Source: an uncultured delta proteobacterium
Lineage (GTDB): Bacteria; Desulfobacterota; Binatia; Binatales; Binataceae
Assembly (NCBI GenBank): GCA_963833025.1
Contig: CAWHWI010000001.1
Span: forward strand, 1,948,170 to 2,012,169
Length of the DNA stretch: 64,000 nucleotides
Direction: 5' to 3'
Positions 1 through 10,709 of this stretch are shown here, piece by piece; position 1 is the stretch's first letter; every line of letters starts with the position of its first letter. Position numbers and translations under genes: made by a program. The notes under the pieces are model-generated. The model did not search any database. It saw only the letters and a list, made by a program, of their open reading frames with translations, and had not been told where the DNA came from.

Positions 1-1
1 T

Positions 2-352
2 AGCGGTGTTGCTCCCGGATCCGGCATTGCCGCCCAGCGCCACCAAATAGACAACAAAAGCGCCGGAACCGGGCCGAGTGTATTGCACCGTGAAATTGCC
101 GCTGGAATCGGTGGTCGCGCTCCCCAGCAGTGTAGGATTGGAGCCGTAGTACGTTCCTACCGCATAGAGCGTCACCGATGCGCCCGAGACCGGGACTGGG
201 CTCAGCCCACCGCTTTGCACCGTCCCTGAAAGAGTTGCCTGCTGAGCTCGTGCCGGTGCAGCAGCGAGCAACAGCGTCAGAACGATTAACGAGGGACACG
301 AGAGCCAGAGCTTTCTCGAAGGACTTCTTGTCCCGCAGTTCGCACGGCGCAT
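2..352 (-). CDS. Secreted protein, N-terminal part (continues off the left edge)
   Basis: Manual translation MRRANCG...LIVLTLLLAAAPARA-QQATLSGTVQSGG...VSGASVTLYAVG...TTDSSGNF...YLVALGGNAGSG. Signal peptide ending in AxA; GGAAGGTGG RBS upstream. Not in the ORF track because it has no stop within the window. Confidence 0.75.
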   Translation of the reverse strand, partial: MRRANCGTRSPSRKLWLSCPSLIVLTLLLAAAPARAQQATLSGTVQSGGLSPVPVSGASVTLYAVGTYYGSNPTLLGSATTDSSGNFTVQYTRPGSGAFVVYLVALGGNAGSGSNTA

Positions 353-507
353 TAAAACCACCTTCCGGAAAACAGCTTGCCAAGTATCCAGACTTGAAGG
401 GCTAATTCATAGACGCGGGAGAGGGGCGATGCGAAAGCGCACACAGATAGTGGGCGTGACGATGACGCTGACCTGGCCGACAAACGCGGGCATCCTTGCG
501 CCGTCGT

Positions 508-765
508 TTATCTTATCCCGCCGATCCCACCTAACCCGCCGAACGAGCCGAAATTCGCCGGCGCCGGCGTTTGGCCGCTAGGGAAGACACGTACGTTTGG
601 ATATGCCGGGTAGTTCTCAGGCCCCTCGTTCTTGGCAATCTGCTGGCAAGCATTCTGATTGCCGTTACTGCAGCTTTGCTGAAGAGCAACCATTTGATCA
701 TGCTCAGCGCAGCCGCTCGCAAGTAGCATCGCCGACGCAAACACCAATGTCGTCAGTTTGAGCAT
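508..765 (-). CDS. Small putative lipoprotein
   Basis: MLKLTTLVFASAMLLASG-C lipobox; GAGGG RBS; Cys pair CSNGNQNAC. Confidence 0.65.
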   Translation of the reverse strand: MLKLTTLVFASAMLLASGCAEHDQMVALQQSCSNGNQNACQQIAKNEGPENYPAYPNVRVFPSGQTPAPANFGSFGGLGGIGGIR

Positions 766-855
766 AGGGGTTCCCTCTTCGTGAATCATCGAACACTATC
801 TCGATGACCATTGTGGGCCCGCTTTTATTCCGATTCAAACGACCTGGGATGTGGG

Positions 856-936
856 CACTGGGTGCAGAGCTTGTCCTGAGCGAAGCCGAGGGAGGTCACC
901 CCTGCTCTTGATACTGGGTGCAGGGGTCACCCCTGC
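856..936 (+). repeat. REP-like palindrome family A (CACTGGGTGCAGGGGTCACCCCTGC), two tandem copies; the first carries a ~26-bp internal insert
   Basis: Plain copy at 913-936; interrupted copy at 856-905; related copies at 41227-41275 and 43190-43214 (reverse). Confidence 0.85.
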
Positions 937-987
937 AAACCCACGGCGGGTTTCACATCAAATAAAGTTCCTGCGCCACTCGAACTA

Positions 988-1860
988 CTATCGCTGTCCC
1001 CACCTGTGCTGACGCTGGACGGTTGTGCTGTGCCGCCTCGACGTTGCGGGAGCAATGCTCGGCGACGTCTGCGTGTTCGCGTGGTGAGAGACTTCGCTCA
1101 GCGCGGCTTCAATCGCTCCGCCGCGCAGCAAAATGTATTTGCGATCGCGCCGTCCGATCTCTCGGTCTTCGATCAGGTCTGACAATATGCGACCGACCAC
1201 CGGTCGCGAGCTGCCGATCATCTCCGCCAGGTCGGAACGAGTAGGTTCAAAGGTGAGCAGGACACCTTCGCGGTCGGCGATGCCAAACTTGCGGCCCAGC
1301 TCCGCCATCACCATTTCGATCCGCTCGCGATACGAGAGTCCGAGAAACGTCGCGTAATAGTGGACCCATTCCGAAGATGCGGAATTCATCCGCTCCGAGA
1401 GCGCCAGCAGCTCCTCGGGGTTCATGTTGGTCAGCAAATTGCGCACGTGTTGGCGCGTGACAACCGCAAGCACACACTTGCTGGCGGTCCAGGCTTCGAA
1501 GCGCCGGATCCACTGACCCTTGTCGTTGAGCTTGTCGGCGAGACCCAAAATGTCGCCAGCGGTTGCGAGCCGCACCAGCGTTTGCGTGCCGTTCGCATTC
1601 GGACAGATTTCCCGCACCACGCCTTTGACGACCCAGAGCACGATGTCGGCCGGCGACCCCTGGCTGAAGATCAACTTTCCAGGTGCATAGTCGAGTTCGG
1701 TATGATGCCTGGTCAGCTCCTTTGCGGTCTGCTCCGGAATCCCCCACGAGAAGAGACCGGCCTCGAACACGTTTGCCCGGTTGAGCAACGAGATCTCATT
1801 CATCTTCGACTCCGCAAAGGCGGTCTGCGCTGGTTTGGTTTTCATCGAGTGATGGTTCAC
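988..1860 (-). CDS. Crp/Fnr family transcriptional regulator
   Basis: cNMP-binding-type domain (IFSQGSPADIVLWVVKGVV...GDILG) and C-terminal HTH (TRSDLAEMIGSSRPVVGRIL). No FNR-type Cys cluster. True start may be 1845 or 1803. Confidence 0.9.
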   Translation of the reverse strand: MNHHSMKTKPAQTAFAESKMNEISLLNRANVFEAGLFSWGIPEQTAKELTRHHTELDYAPGKLIFSQGSPADIVLWVVKGVVREICPNANGTQTLVRLATAGDILGLADKLNDKGQWIRRFEAWTASKCVLAVVTRQHVRNLLTNMNPEELLALSERMNSASSEWVHYYATFLGLSYRERIEMVMAELGRKFGIADREGVLLTFEPTRSDLAEMIGSSRPVVGRILSDLIEDREIGRRDRKYILLRGGAIEAALSEVSHHANTQTSPSIAPATSRRHSTTVQRQHRWGQR

Positions 1861-2253
1861 CTTGATCGTGGAAAGTACGGCGGCCCGGGGTTACCTGCTT
1901 CCACCAGGCCGGCCCCCAATCCCCAGAAATCAGCACGGCCGAATCCGCAGGCGGGCCGCCGCAAGGAACAGCATCAGCAAATGACGTGCCCGGATGATTG
2001 CGATCGCGCGCCGGTCTTCCTGGACGCGCGAACCCTGCGTTTCGATGGACAAAATCTTGCTCAAGCGATGTGGGGGCGGCTTCACTCGCCAGAATCCACT
2101 GCTAATTGTGTGGATCGTACGCGAAGGGATGGGTCAAAATTCCCGCTCGTACAGCGGCATTGTTCCCGATCTTTCGCTATCCGGCGGTTTAGGCGGAACG
2201 CGGGCGATGGCATATAACTGGCGATGAACTTTGTGGTGAATGGAGCACTGACT

Positions 2254-3731
2254 GTGAGAATCGGCACTCGGCTGACGCTGGTCCTGCTGGTATGCGTAAT
2301 GCCAGTGCTGGCCGCGTACACCTATTGGAGTGTCGAGCAGTCCAACTTCTACATAAACGAGTTGAAGCAATCGGCCCGCGCCGCCAGTTCCGGGCTGGCT
2401 CCTTCGGTTGACGAAGACGTGGTCGCGCAAGAATGGAACAAGGTCGGAGACGCATTCCGGAAGATGGATGCCGAAGGAACGCGAAGCGCAATCCTCCGAA
2501 AGGACGGTACGCTTTGGTACTCGCTGCCGGATTTTCCCGCTGAACTCGTTGACACCGCCCGCGTGCAAATCGCGCATCGCAACTCCGCGGAGTTCGGACC
2601 GACGGCAGGCGTGAGGAACTGGTTCTGCGAATTGGTTCCTCTGAAGGGCCCGGGCGGCGACGTGATCGGATACCTGCTCGAAGTCCAGGACTGGACGAAG
2701 GTAGCCAGAGACAGTCGCGCTCAATACACAGCGTCGTTAATCGTGGCAATAGTGTTGATGGGCGTGGTTGCCATCGTCATACCGCTGAGCGTGCGGCGCT
2801 ACGTGTCGCGGCCGCTCGACGAGTTGTCGGCGAAGGTGATGAAATTTTCCTCGGACGATTCCGATCGCGACGGAGGAAACGAAGCTGGAAGTGCTCGGCG
2901 AAGAATTCCTCAAGCTCGATAAGCAACTCAACCGGGCGCGCATCCGATCTCGAGGAGCGGCATCGGCGCGAATTGGAACTCGAGCGCGGACTTCAGCGCG
3001 CGGACCGGCTTGCGATGATCGGCACGCTGGCCGCCGGACTCGCGCACGAGATCGGCACTCCGATGGGGGTGATACGCGTGCGCGCGGAGGACATTGCAGC
3101 AGGACGAGACGATTTCAGCAGACGTCTCGCGTGAAGCTGGGCGTCATCATCCGCCAGATCGATCGGATTGCGCGAATCGTCAGGATGCTCCTCGATTACG
3201 CGCGCAAGAGCGAATCGCACAAGACGATCTGCGACCTGAGAACGATCGCCGAACGCGCGCTGGCGCTTCTGGAGCCGGAAGCACGCACTGCGCGACGTAA
3301 GACCGTCGCTCAACTCGGAGAAACTCCGTTGCTGGTAAATTGCGATGCCGACCAAATCGAGCAGGTGTTCGTCAACATGATTATGAATGCGCTCGACGCG
3401 ATGCAGCGCGGCGGCGGAACATTGCGCGTAACTGCGGACACGGAGCACAACCAGCAAGGCTCGCGCGCGATGCTCGCGTTCGAGGATACCGGCGCCGGCG
3501 TCGCTCCCGAGCATGAGGATCGAGTCTTCTCGCCGTTCTTCACCACCAAGGAGCCGGGCAAGGGAACCGGAATGGGTCTGGCGGTCAGCCAGTCTATAGT
3601 ACGCGAGCATGATGGCGAGATAACGTTCAGCTCAGGGCCGTCGGGGATCGCGGTTCGTGGTCGCGATCCCGATGGCATGCAGCGAGAGAGTCGAAGATGA
3701 GCCTGGCCCCCGGCAACAGCGGCGCGCATAG
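2254..3731 (+). pseudogene. Membrane sensor histidine kinase (HAMP-HisKA-HATPase), about 5 apparent +1 frameshifts, probably sequencing errors
   Basis: Two TM segments; H-box LAAGLAHEIGTP in a shifted frame near 3020-3065; N-box QVFVNMIMNALDAM, DTGAG, PFFTTK, GTGMGL. Frame breaks near 2883, 2942, 3090, 3120 and 3648. Confidence 0.85.
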
Positions 3732-5094
3732 CGAGCAGGCGACCATACATGGTGGTCGACGATGACCACGATATGGTCAGCGCGCTTTCCGATATTTTGC
3801 GCCAGGCAGGATATCATCCGCTGAGCGCGAATTCGGGCCATGATGCGCTGGCGATCGTCGAGCGGGAAATGCGCCCGACGTGCTGATTTCGGATCTCCGG
3901 ATGGCCGGAATGAGCGGGCACGGCTTGCAAGCCGAGCTGAAGCGGATTGCGCCCGACTTGCCGGTAATCATAATCACGGCGTTCGGATCGATTCAGACCG
4001 CCGTCGAATCGATGAAGCTCGGCGCCTTCGATTACATCACCAAACCCTTCAGCAACGGCGAATTGCTCCTGATCGTCTCGCGCGCGCTGGAAAATCGCGA
4101 CCTGCGCGATGAGGTCAAGCGGCTGCGAATTGAACTGGCCCGCAATCACGGCCTCGAGAACATTATCGCCGCGAGTAAAAACATGACCGCGCTGTTGAGC
4201 AAGCTCGCGCAGGTGGCCGACAGCTCCGTCAGCGTGCTGATCACCGGCGAGAGCGGAACGGGCAAGGATTTGTTGGCGCGCGCGCTTCACTTCCTGAGCC
4301 CGCGGCATAGCGGCCCGTTCGTGCCCGTCAACTGCGCGGCGATTCCCGAAAGTTTGATCGAGAGCGAGTTGTTCGGACACACTCGCGGCGCGTTCACCGA
4401 CGCGAAGCAGAGCAAGCTGGGCCTCTTTGCGGCGGCCAGCCACGGCACGCTGTTCCTCGATGAAATCGGCGAGATGCCGCCGACGGTTCAGGCCAAGCTG
4501 CTCAGGGTGATCGAGGACAAACGCGTGCGGCCGCTCGGCGCGACGGGAGAGACCACGGTCGACGTCCGCGTTATCGCCGCGACCAATGCCGATTTGGAAA
4601 AAGCCGTTGCCGACGGCCGCGTTCCGATCGGATCTGTTTTATCGCATCGCTACGGTGACGATGGCGGTGCCACCGCTGCGCGATAGGCCCGAAGACATTC
4701 CACTGCTGATCAAGCATTTCCTGGTGCGCGCCAGCGCCGAGGCCGGGAAAGGCCCCGCCTGAACTGGACGCTGAGACGACGGAGTACCTGACGCGATATC
4801 GATGGCCGGGCAATATTCGCGAGCTGCAGAACGCGATCCAGCAGGCGGTCATCCTTTGCTCCGGTGGTCGGATAACGCGAGGCGACCTGCCGAACAGAAT
4901 CACCGGCGATCATCAATCGCCTGCCCGCTTCGAGGAACTCGCGTCTCGGCGCATGCCGCTGGCGGAGAGTCGAGCGAGATTATTCGCGGGCGGTGCTCGC
5001 GTCGGTGAACGGTCATCGTGGCGAGGCGGCCGCGATTCTCGGCGTCGATCGCAAGACCTTGGCTCGCAAGCTCGAAGACCCGGATGAGCGGTGA
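3697..5094 (+). pseudogene. NtrC/AtoC-type sigma54 response regulator with multiple frameshifts, probably sequencing errors
   Basis: Receiver VVDDD...LISDLRM...KPF; Walker A GESGTGKD; GAFTDA; Walker B LFLDEIG; WPGNIREL; Fis-type HTH ILGVDRKTLARKL ending at TGA 5094. Frame breaks near 3748, 3870, 4620, 4750 and 4920-4980. Confidence 0.88.
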
Positions 5095-5119
5095 CCGCAC
5101 ATTCATCTTGAGCCGCAGA

Positions 5120-5180
5120 ACCCTCACCTGCCGGCCGCGATGCGTCCGGCCGCCTCTCCCGTAAAACTAACGGGCGAGGT
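5120..5180 (+). repeat. Intergenic palindromic repeat family C (CCCTCACC...CTCTCCC...GGGCGAGG)
   Basis: Similar units at 31142-31192, 31231-31268, 42584-42642 and 43283-43310. Confidence 0.6.
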
Positions 5181-5230
5181 AAATCCGTATCGACCCGATC
5201 AAATAATCTGCTACGGTTATCTCCGGAACC

Positions 5231-5485
5231 ATGATTGATAGAACCATCAGGCGGCTCCTGGCAGTCGCGATACTGGCGACCGCCGCCGGTCTCCACGGAT
5301 GCGCGTCCTCCACTGATATCACCTCATGCCAGGGACAGGACCAACAGGACTGCGAAGCGCGCGACAATGCTCGCCAGGCGCGCGACGCTGCCGACTACCA
5401 GGATGAACCCGCGTTGGGCTACCTGGCCTCGCCGCCGGGATTGCTGCCAATACCGCTCACGTCGCGAAACACTTCCTCGAACTAG
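5231..5485 (+). CDS. Small putative lipoprotein
   Basis: Hydrophobic signal with lipobox LHG-C; Cys pair CQGQDQQDC. Confidence 0.6.
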   Translation: MIDRTIRRLLAVAILATAAGLHGCASSTDITSCQGQDQQDCEARDNARQARDAADYQDEPALGYLASPPGLLPIPLTSRNTSSN

Positions 5486-5734
5486 TTGAATTGACGCTCC
5501 TGCCGTTTGCCTTTGGCTGTGGCGGAACCGCACAGCCAGGATGAAATTTCATAGCCGCAGCGCAGCTGAAGCGCTGCGGATCTGCGCCCGTTTCACCTTT
5601 ACAACGTGGTTTTTTGGGAAAAATCCAGTCAAACTGGGCTCTTTTATCCTATATTGACACCTCTACCGGCGAGGGCAAGAATGCTACACTAAGGCGCGTT
5701 TGCCCCTCAAGGAAAACGCGGACGTGAGACGAGG

Positions 5735-7213
5735 GTGCGAGGTCGCAACGAACAGAGTAGGGCGCGTGTCCTGATCGTGGACGACGAGTTCCACGTTGCA
5801 CGCGGTGCCGCGATGGTCCTTTCACAGGCCGGTTACGAATGCGAAACGTGTCCCACAGTCGAGGCCGCACTAAAGGTGCTCGAGAGCGAGGGTGCAGACG
5901 TAATCGTCGCAGACATGAGGATGCAGGGGATGGATGGGATGGACTTGTTGAAAAAAGTGCAGAGCAAGCAGCCTGACCTGGCGGTCGTGATGAGCGTGCC
6001 GCTGCCGGCCGCAGAGTCGGCCAAAGAGGCATTGCGCGGCGGCGCCTTCGGCTGCGTGACGAAACCGTTTGACACCGATGAGCTCAACGCGGTCGTCTCG
6101 CGGGCGGTCGAGATGAGCACGCTGCAGCGCGAGAATCGGAAGTTGCGCGAGCAGCTCGACGTCGCCAGCATCGCCGCCGGCTTCGTGGCCGAAGCTCCCA
6201 AGAGCCGCCAGCTGGTCGCCATGATTCGGCGCGTCGCTCCGTCGCGCACGACCGCGCTAGTCGAAGGTGAGACGGGTACCGGCAAGGAGTTGGTGGCACG
6301 CATGCTTCATTACTGGAGCAATCGCGCCGACGGTCCGTTCCTCGCGATCAATTGCAAGGCGCTTGCCGACGGCGTGGTCGAGAGCGAGCTGTTCGGCCAC
6401 GAAAAAGGGTCGTTCACCGGGGCTATCCGCGACCGCGCGGGATGCTTCGAGCGCGCCTCCGGCGGCACACTTTTTCTCGATGAGATCGGCGAGGCGGGGC
6501 CGGACTTCCAGGCCAAGCTCCTGCGCGTGCTCGAAGACGGCGAGGTGCTGCGCGTCGGCGGTTCGAAACCGCGCAAGGTGGACGTCAGAATCATCGCGGC
6601 GACCAATCGCAAGCTGCGACGTGAAGTCGGCGCCGGCCGCTTCCGCGCAGATTTATATTTCCGCCTCAGCGTAATTCCGCTCAGGATTGCGCCGCTGCGC
6701 GAGCGTCGCGAGGATATCCTGCCGCTGGCGCATCATTTTCTCGCCTTTCATTCGACCGACGCCGGCCGGCCGCTCATGCTTTCGCCGGAGGCCGAGGAGG
6801 CGCTGCTCGGTTACTCGTGGCCGGGCAATGTGCGCGAGCTGGAAAACGTGATCGAGCGCGCGGTCGTGATGAGTGGGCAAGAGACGCTGATGCCCGAGGC
6901 GTTTGCTTTCGACGACGACGCTTTCGATGACGACCTCGCTCACGCCGGCGTTTCGCAGCCGGCCGCCGTCGAGTCCGCATCAAGCGCGAGCGCCGCGCCG
7001 GGATCGGCGCAAGGTTCGAACCACACGCAAGCGGCAGCGCAGGCGTCAGACAGTCCGGACGAGGGCACGCTGCAAACGACGCTTGATCGCGCGGCGACCG
7101 TGCGGATCAAGGCGGCGCTGGCGGCAGCCGGCGGTAACAGGGTCGACGCGGCGACAACCCTTGGAGTCGATCGGACCACGCTGTATCGGTTGATGAAGCG
7201 TCTCAGTCTGTAG
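5735..7213 (+). CDS. Sigma54-dependent response regulator (receiver-AAA+-Fis HTH), PilR/AtoC-like
   Basis: LIVDDE, D-M-R-M phosphosite, GETGTGKE, GSFTGA, LFLDEIG, WPGNVREL, LGVDRTTLYRLM. Confidence 0.93.
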   Translation: MRGRNEQSRARVLIVDDEFHVARGAAMVLSQAGYECETCPTVEAALKVLESEGADVIVADMRMQGMDGMDLLKKVQSKQPDLAVVMSVPLPAAESAKEALRGGAFGCVTKPFDTDELNAVVSRAVEMSTLQRENRKLREQLDVASIAAGFVAEAPKSRQLVAMIRRVAPSRTTALVEGETGTGKELVARMLHYWSNRADGPFLAINCKALADGVVESELFGHEKGSFTGAIRDRAGCFERASGGTLFLDEIGEAGPDFQAKLLRVLEDGEVLRVGGSKPRKVDVRIIAATNRKLRREVGAGRFRADLYFRLSVIPLRIAPLRERREDILPLAHHFLAFHSTDAGRPLMLSPEAEEALLGYSWPGNVRELENVIERAVVMSGQETLMPEAFAFDDDAFDDDLAHAGVSQPAAVESASSASAAPGSAQGSNHTQAAAQASDSPDEGTLQTTLDRAATVRIKAALAAAGGNRVDAATTLGVDRTTLYRLMKRLSL

Positions 7214-7369
7214 CATCGGACGCGCGCGGCGGTTCAAGACGCCGCGGAAAACCGATTCGGAATTTATCGAGCGGTCGAGGAGCCAATCCGCGGCCGTTCT
7301 TTTTTGCGCGCGGAAAATCGCAAGGAGCCGCAACTCTTCAATTGAAAAGTGCGAACGCACAAAACAAAC

Positions 7370-7410
7370 AGGCCCCGAACCCACTCGTTGCTGAGATGGG
7401 TTCGAGGCCT
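7370..7410 (-). terminator. Rho-independent terminator of the tad operon
   Basis: Stem AGGCC(C/T)CGAACCCA / TGGGTTCGAGGCCT followed on the minus strand by GTTTGTTTT, about 25 bp after the tadC stop. Confidence 0.7.
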
Positions 7411-7435
7411 CCTGGGAGAGGCTGTTGGATTGCGG

Positions 7436-8371
7436 TCAGCTTCCGGAGAGGGTACGGAGGACCGAGACCATTGCCGGTCCGATGATTACCGCGATCATCG
7501 CGGGCAATACGAAGATGACCAGCGGGAACAGAATCTTAATCGACGCCTTCTGCGCCTGTTCCTCGGCCTGCAGCCGGCGACGGGTGCGCAATGCGTCCGA
7601 ACTGGAACGTAACGCCGGTCCGATCTGCGCGCCAAGTTGTTCGCTTTGAATCAAGGTTGCGGCCAGTGGCTTGATATCTTCAACCGCGGTCCGCTCCGCC
7701 AACCCGCGCAAAGCCTGTCCCAGGGACGCGCCCGCGGAAATATCGGTGGCGACCAGGTTCAATTCGTTGCCGATTTCCTGCCCATGACGGTCGCATTCCG
7801 TGCCGACGATCCGAATCGCTTCGAACAATCCCATGCCTGCTTCGACACATACCACCAGCAGATCGAGCACGTCCGAAAGCTGCTTTGAGATGTTGCTTTG
7901 GCGCAGCCGCGCGCGCCGTCCCAGGATGTAGCTGGGCACGAAAATTCCGATCCCGACGCCGCCGATTCCGAGCAGCAGTGGCGTAGCCGCCGAGCTATGA
8001 AAAATTGCTCCGACTAACAGTCCGATCACGCCGCATCCGATCGCCAACAGCACGCGGACGGCCTGATAGGTCTGCGGCGCGCTGGATTTCAGAAATCCCG
8101 CCTGCGCCAGAGTCTGCTGCAGCTTCTCGCCGGTGGGGCTGTCCAGATCCGGCGGCGGGACCCGCTTGACGGCCCACTTGAAAAGCATGCGAAGCACGCC
8201 TTCGTCCTGCGAGTCACCAGTGAGCGCGCCCTGCGACGCGCGCATCTGGACCGCCAAATCCGCGAACCGTTCATCGACCGCCCGGTTCTGCGGTGAAAGG
8301 GCCAGGTACAAGGCCACGCATGCCGCGCCGGCCAGAAAGAAGACGAATATGCCAATCGCGAATGGACTCAT
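7436..8371 (-). CDS. tadC: Tad pilus inner-membrane platform protein TadC
   Basis: LDLLVVCVEAGMG, LIQSEQLG, KILFPLVIFVLPAM; operon position. Confidence 0.93.
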   Translation of the reverse strand: MSPFAIGIFVFFLAGAACVALYLALSPQNRAVDERFADLAVQMRASQGALTGDSQDEGVLRMLFKWAVKRVPPPDLDSPTGEKLQQTLAQAGFLKSSAPQTYQAVRVLLAIGCGVIGLLVGAIFHSSAATPLLLGIGGVGIGIFVPSYILGRRARLRQSNISKQLSDVLDLLVVCVEAGMGLFEAIRIVGTECDRHGQEIGNELNLVATDISAGASLGQALRGLAERTAVEDIKPLAATLIQSEQLGAQIGPALRSSSDALRTRRRLQAEEQAQKASIKILFPLVIFVLPAMIAVIIGPAMVSVLRTLSGS

Positions 8372-8372
8372 A

Positions 8373-9320
8373 TTAGTAGTTAATCCTCAGTAGTCGCCTG
8401 ATGGTCAGGATGGCGAGCACGTCCGATCCGACCGCAAATTTCAGGATCTTCTGACCGGTCGGGTCATGGAATAACTGGTTGGTGTAGCCCGGCTGAATCA
8501 AGCTGAACAAGCAGAGCACTATGATCGGCAGGAGGCCGACGACCATGCCGCCCATGCGCGATTGCGCGGTCAGCGCCCTGATTTGCATCTTGAGGCGCTG
8601 GCGGGTTCTCACGATTTCGGACAGCCGCCCGACAATCTGAGCCAGGCTCGAGCCGACTTCCGTTTGCACGCGGACCGCGACGATCAGGAGTCGCAGGTCG
8701 TCTTCCGGCACTCGCTTGAGCATGTCTTCGAGCGCGCGCGGCAGCGGCAATCCGATCCGGTTCTGCTCGAGCACGGTGCGGAATTCGCTGCCCAGCGGAT
8801 CGGCGAACTCGCTGACCAGAACCTGCAGCGCGCGCTGCAGCGAATGGCCGGCCTCGAGCGACGATTTGATCAGGTCCAGCGCAAACGGAAGCTGCGCCGC
8901 AAAGGCCTTGATGCGCCGGGTCCGGCGAAACTGGATGTACATCAGCGGCAAGCTGCCAACGATCAGCGCGGTGCCGAGCGCGAACCACATGTCGCGAAAC
9001 AAAATATTTCCTCCGACCAGTCCCGCGCCGAACATCAGCACTATGATCAGCAGGATGTCGGGGACCGTCATGTACAAGCCCGCCTGCCACATCATCTCTT
9101 CGAGTTTGCGTAGCAGGTTCAAGCCATACAGCCCGCGCAGCAGCACTCCTTCCTCCGGTCGGCGCTTGCGCATGACATCGATATCGATATCGTCGGCGGG
9201 ACGCGTCAGCCGTCGTGCCACCTCGCGTTGTTGCTCGACTTCATTGCCGCGGCTGCTGCTGAAGACCAGCACGCCCATGAAGACGAGCGCGAATATGCCG
9301 CTTGCCATTAAAAAGTCCAT
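8373..9320 (-). CDS. tadB: Tad pilus inner-membrane platform protein TadB
   Basis: QLPFALDLIKSSLEAGHSL, QTEVGSSLA, IRALTAQSRM. Confidence 0.93.
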   Translation of the reverse strand: MDFLMASGIFALVFMGVLVFSSSRGNEVEQQREVARRLTRPADDIDIDVMRKRRPEEGVLLRGLYGLNLLRKLEEMMWQAGLYMTVPDILLIIVLMFGAGLVGGNILFRDMWFALGTALIVGSLPLMYIQFRRTRRIKAFAAQLPFALDLIKSSLEAGHSLQRALQVLVSEFADPLGSEFRTVLEQNRIGLPLPRALEDMLKRVPEDDLRLLIVAVRVQTEVGSSLAQIVGRLSEIVRTRQRLKMQIRALTAQSRMGGMVVGLLPIIVLCLFSLIQPGYTNQLFHDPTGQKILKFAVGSDVLAILTIRRLLRINY

Positions 9321-9326
9321 GGTGGT

Positions 9327-10700
9327 TTATCCAATCGTGCTGCGGAAAATCTTGGCGTCGAGCTTGTAACCCGCGGCCTCAAGCCGTTGTGAGTAGGTTG
9401 ACCGAATCCCGGTGGCGACGAACTGGCCGAGCACCTCGCCGCCCGGTCCGATTCCGGTGCGCTTGAAGTCGAACAGATCCTGCATCATCACCATCTCGCC
9501 TTCCATCCCGCTGATCTCGGAAATGCGCATCACTTTGCGCGAGCCGTCGGAGAGGCGCGAGACGTGAACGATGATGTTGAGCGCCGACGCTATTTGCTGG
9601 CGCATCGCGCGCTGCGGAATCGACACGCCCGACAGCAGCATCATCATCTCAAGGCGTCCCAGGCTGTCGCGCGGAGTGTTGGCGTGGATGGTGGCGATGG
9701 AGCCGTCATGGCCGGTCGACATCGCCTGCAACATGTCGAACACTTCGCCGCCGCGGACCTCGCCGACGATGATGCGGTCGGGCCGCATACGCAGCGTGTT
9801 CCTCACCAGGTCGCGCTGGCTCACTTCACCCTTGCCTTCGACGTTGGGCGGCCGCGTTTCCAGCCGGACCACGTGCGGCTGCTGGAGCATCAGTTCCGCC
9901 GAGTCTTCGATCGTCACGATTCGCTCGTCGGCCGGGACGAACAGTGACATGCAGTTAAGCATGGTCGTCTTGCCCGAGCCGGTACCGCCGCAGATCAGGA
10001 TGTTGAGCCGCGCGCGCACGATGGTGCGCAGGAACTCGACAATCTCGGGCAGCAGGGTCTTCTTCTCGACCAGGTCGTCGATGTTGTAGCGCTTGCGCCC
10101 GAATCGCCGGATCGACAATGCCGGGCCGTCCAGCGCCAGCGGCGGAATGATCGCGTTGATACGTGAACCGTCGGGCAAGCGGGCGTCAACCATCGGCGAC
10201 GATTCGTCAACCCGGCGTCCGACCTGCGACACGATCCGGTCGATGATCAGCATCAAGTGCTGATCGTCCTGGAACTTGACCTCGGTGGCGTGCAGCTTGC
10301 CGCGTTTCTCGACGTAAACCTGGTTGTGTCCGTTGACTAGGATGTCGGTGATTTCATCGTCCCACAAAAGCGGTTCCAGCGGCCCGAGTCCCAGCAGCTC
10401 GTTCTTGATCTCCTCGATCAGATGAGCTTTGTCGGTGTCGGTGAGCAGGCGCCCCTCGTCGTCCAGGATGGCGGTGATCGCCTCGGTAACTTTATGCGCC
10501 GCGAGTACCGGTTCGAGGCTCTCAAGCCGCGTAACGTCCAGCATCTCGAACAACCGGTTGTGGACCGCAAGCTTGAGCTGCTGAAAACCCTCGGCCTGAA
10601 CGTCTTTGACCGCACGCTTCTGATTGCCGCCGATCAGCGAGCGCTGAAAAGGAATCGGCGTTGCACTGTTCTGTTGCGAAATTCTCTCAACCAGCTTCAT
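9327..10700 (-). CDS. tadA: Tad pilus assembly ATPase CpaF/TadA
   Basis: [51 protein letters not shown]. Confidence 0.97.
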   Translation of the reverse strand: MKLVERISQQNSATPIPFQRSLIGGNQKRAVKDVQAEGFQQLKLAVHNRLFEMLDVTRLESLEPVLAAHKVTEAITAILDDEGRLLTDTDKAHLIEEIKNELLGLGPLEPLLWDDEITDILVNGHNQVYVEKRGKLHATEVKFQDDQHLMLIIDRIVSQVGRRVDESSPMVDARLPDGSRINAIIPPLALDGPALSIRRFGRKRYNIDDLVEKKTLLPEIVEFLRTIVRARLNILICGGTGSGKTTMLNCMSLFVPADERIVTIEDSAELMLQQPHVVRLETRPPNVEGKGEVSQRDLVRNTLRMRPDRIIVGEVRGGEVFDMLQAMSTGHDGSIATIHANTPRDSLGRLEMMMLLSGVSIPQRAMRQQIASALNIIVHVSRLSDGSRKVMRISEISGMEGEMVMMQDLFDFKRTGIGPGGEVLGQFVATGIRSTYSQRLEAAGYKLDAKIFRSTIG

Positions 10701-10709
10701 TCGGACACC

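Noticed and set aside
1360-2217. 285-aa plus-strand ORF, and many similar long antisense ORFs (e.g. 29229-30938, 22610-23614, 41087-42574, 59346-60935)
   Set aside because: They shadow well-supported genes on the other strand; long antisense frames are expected in high-GC DNA and these show no family motifs.
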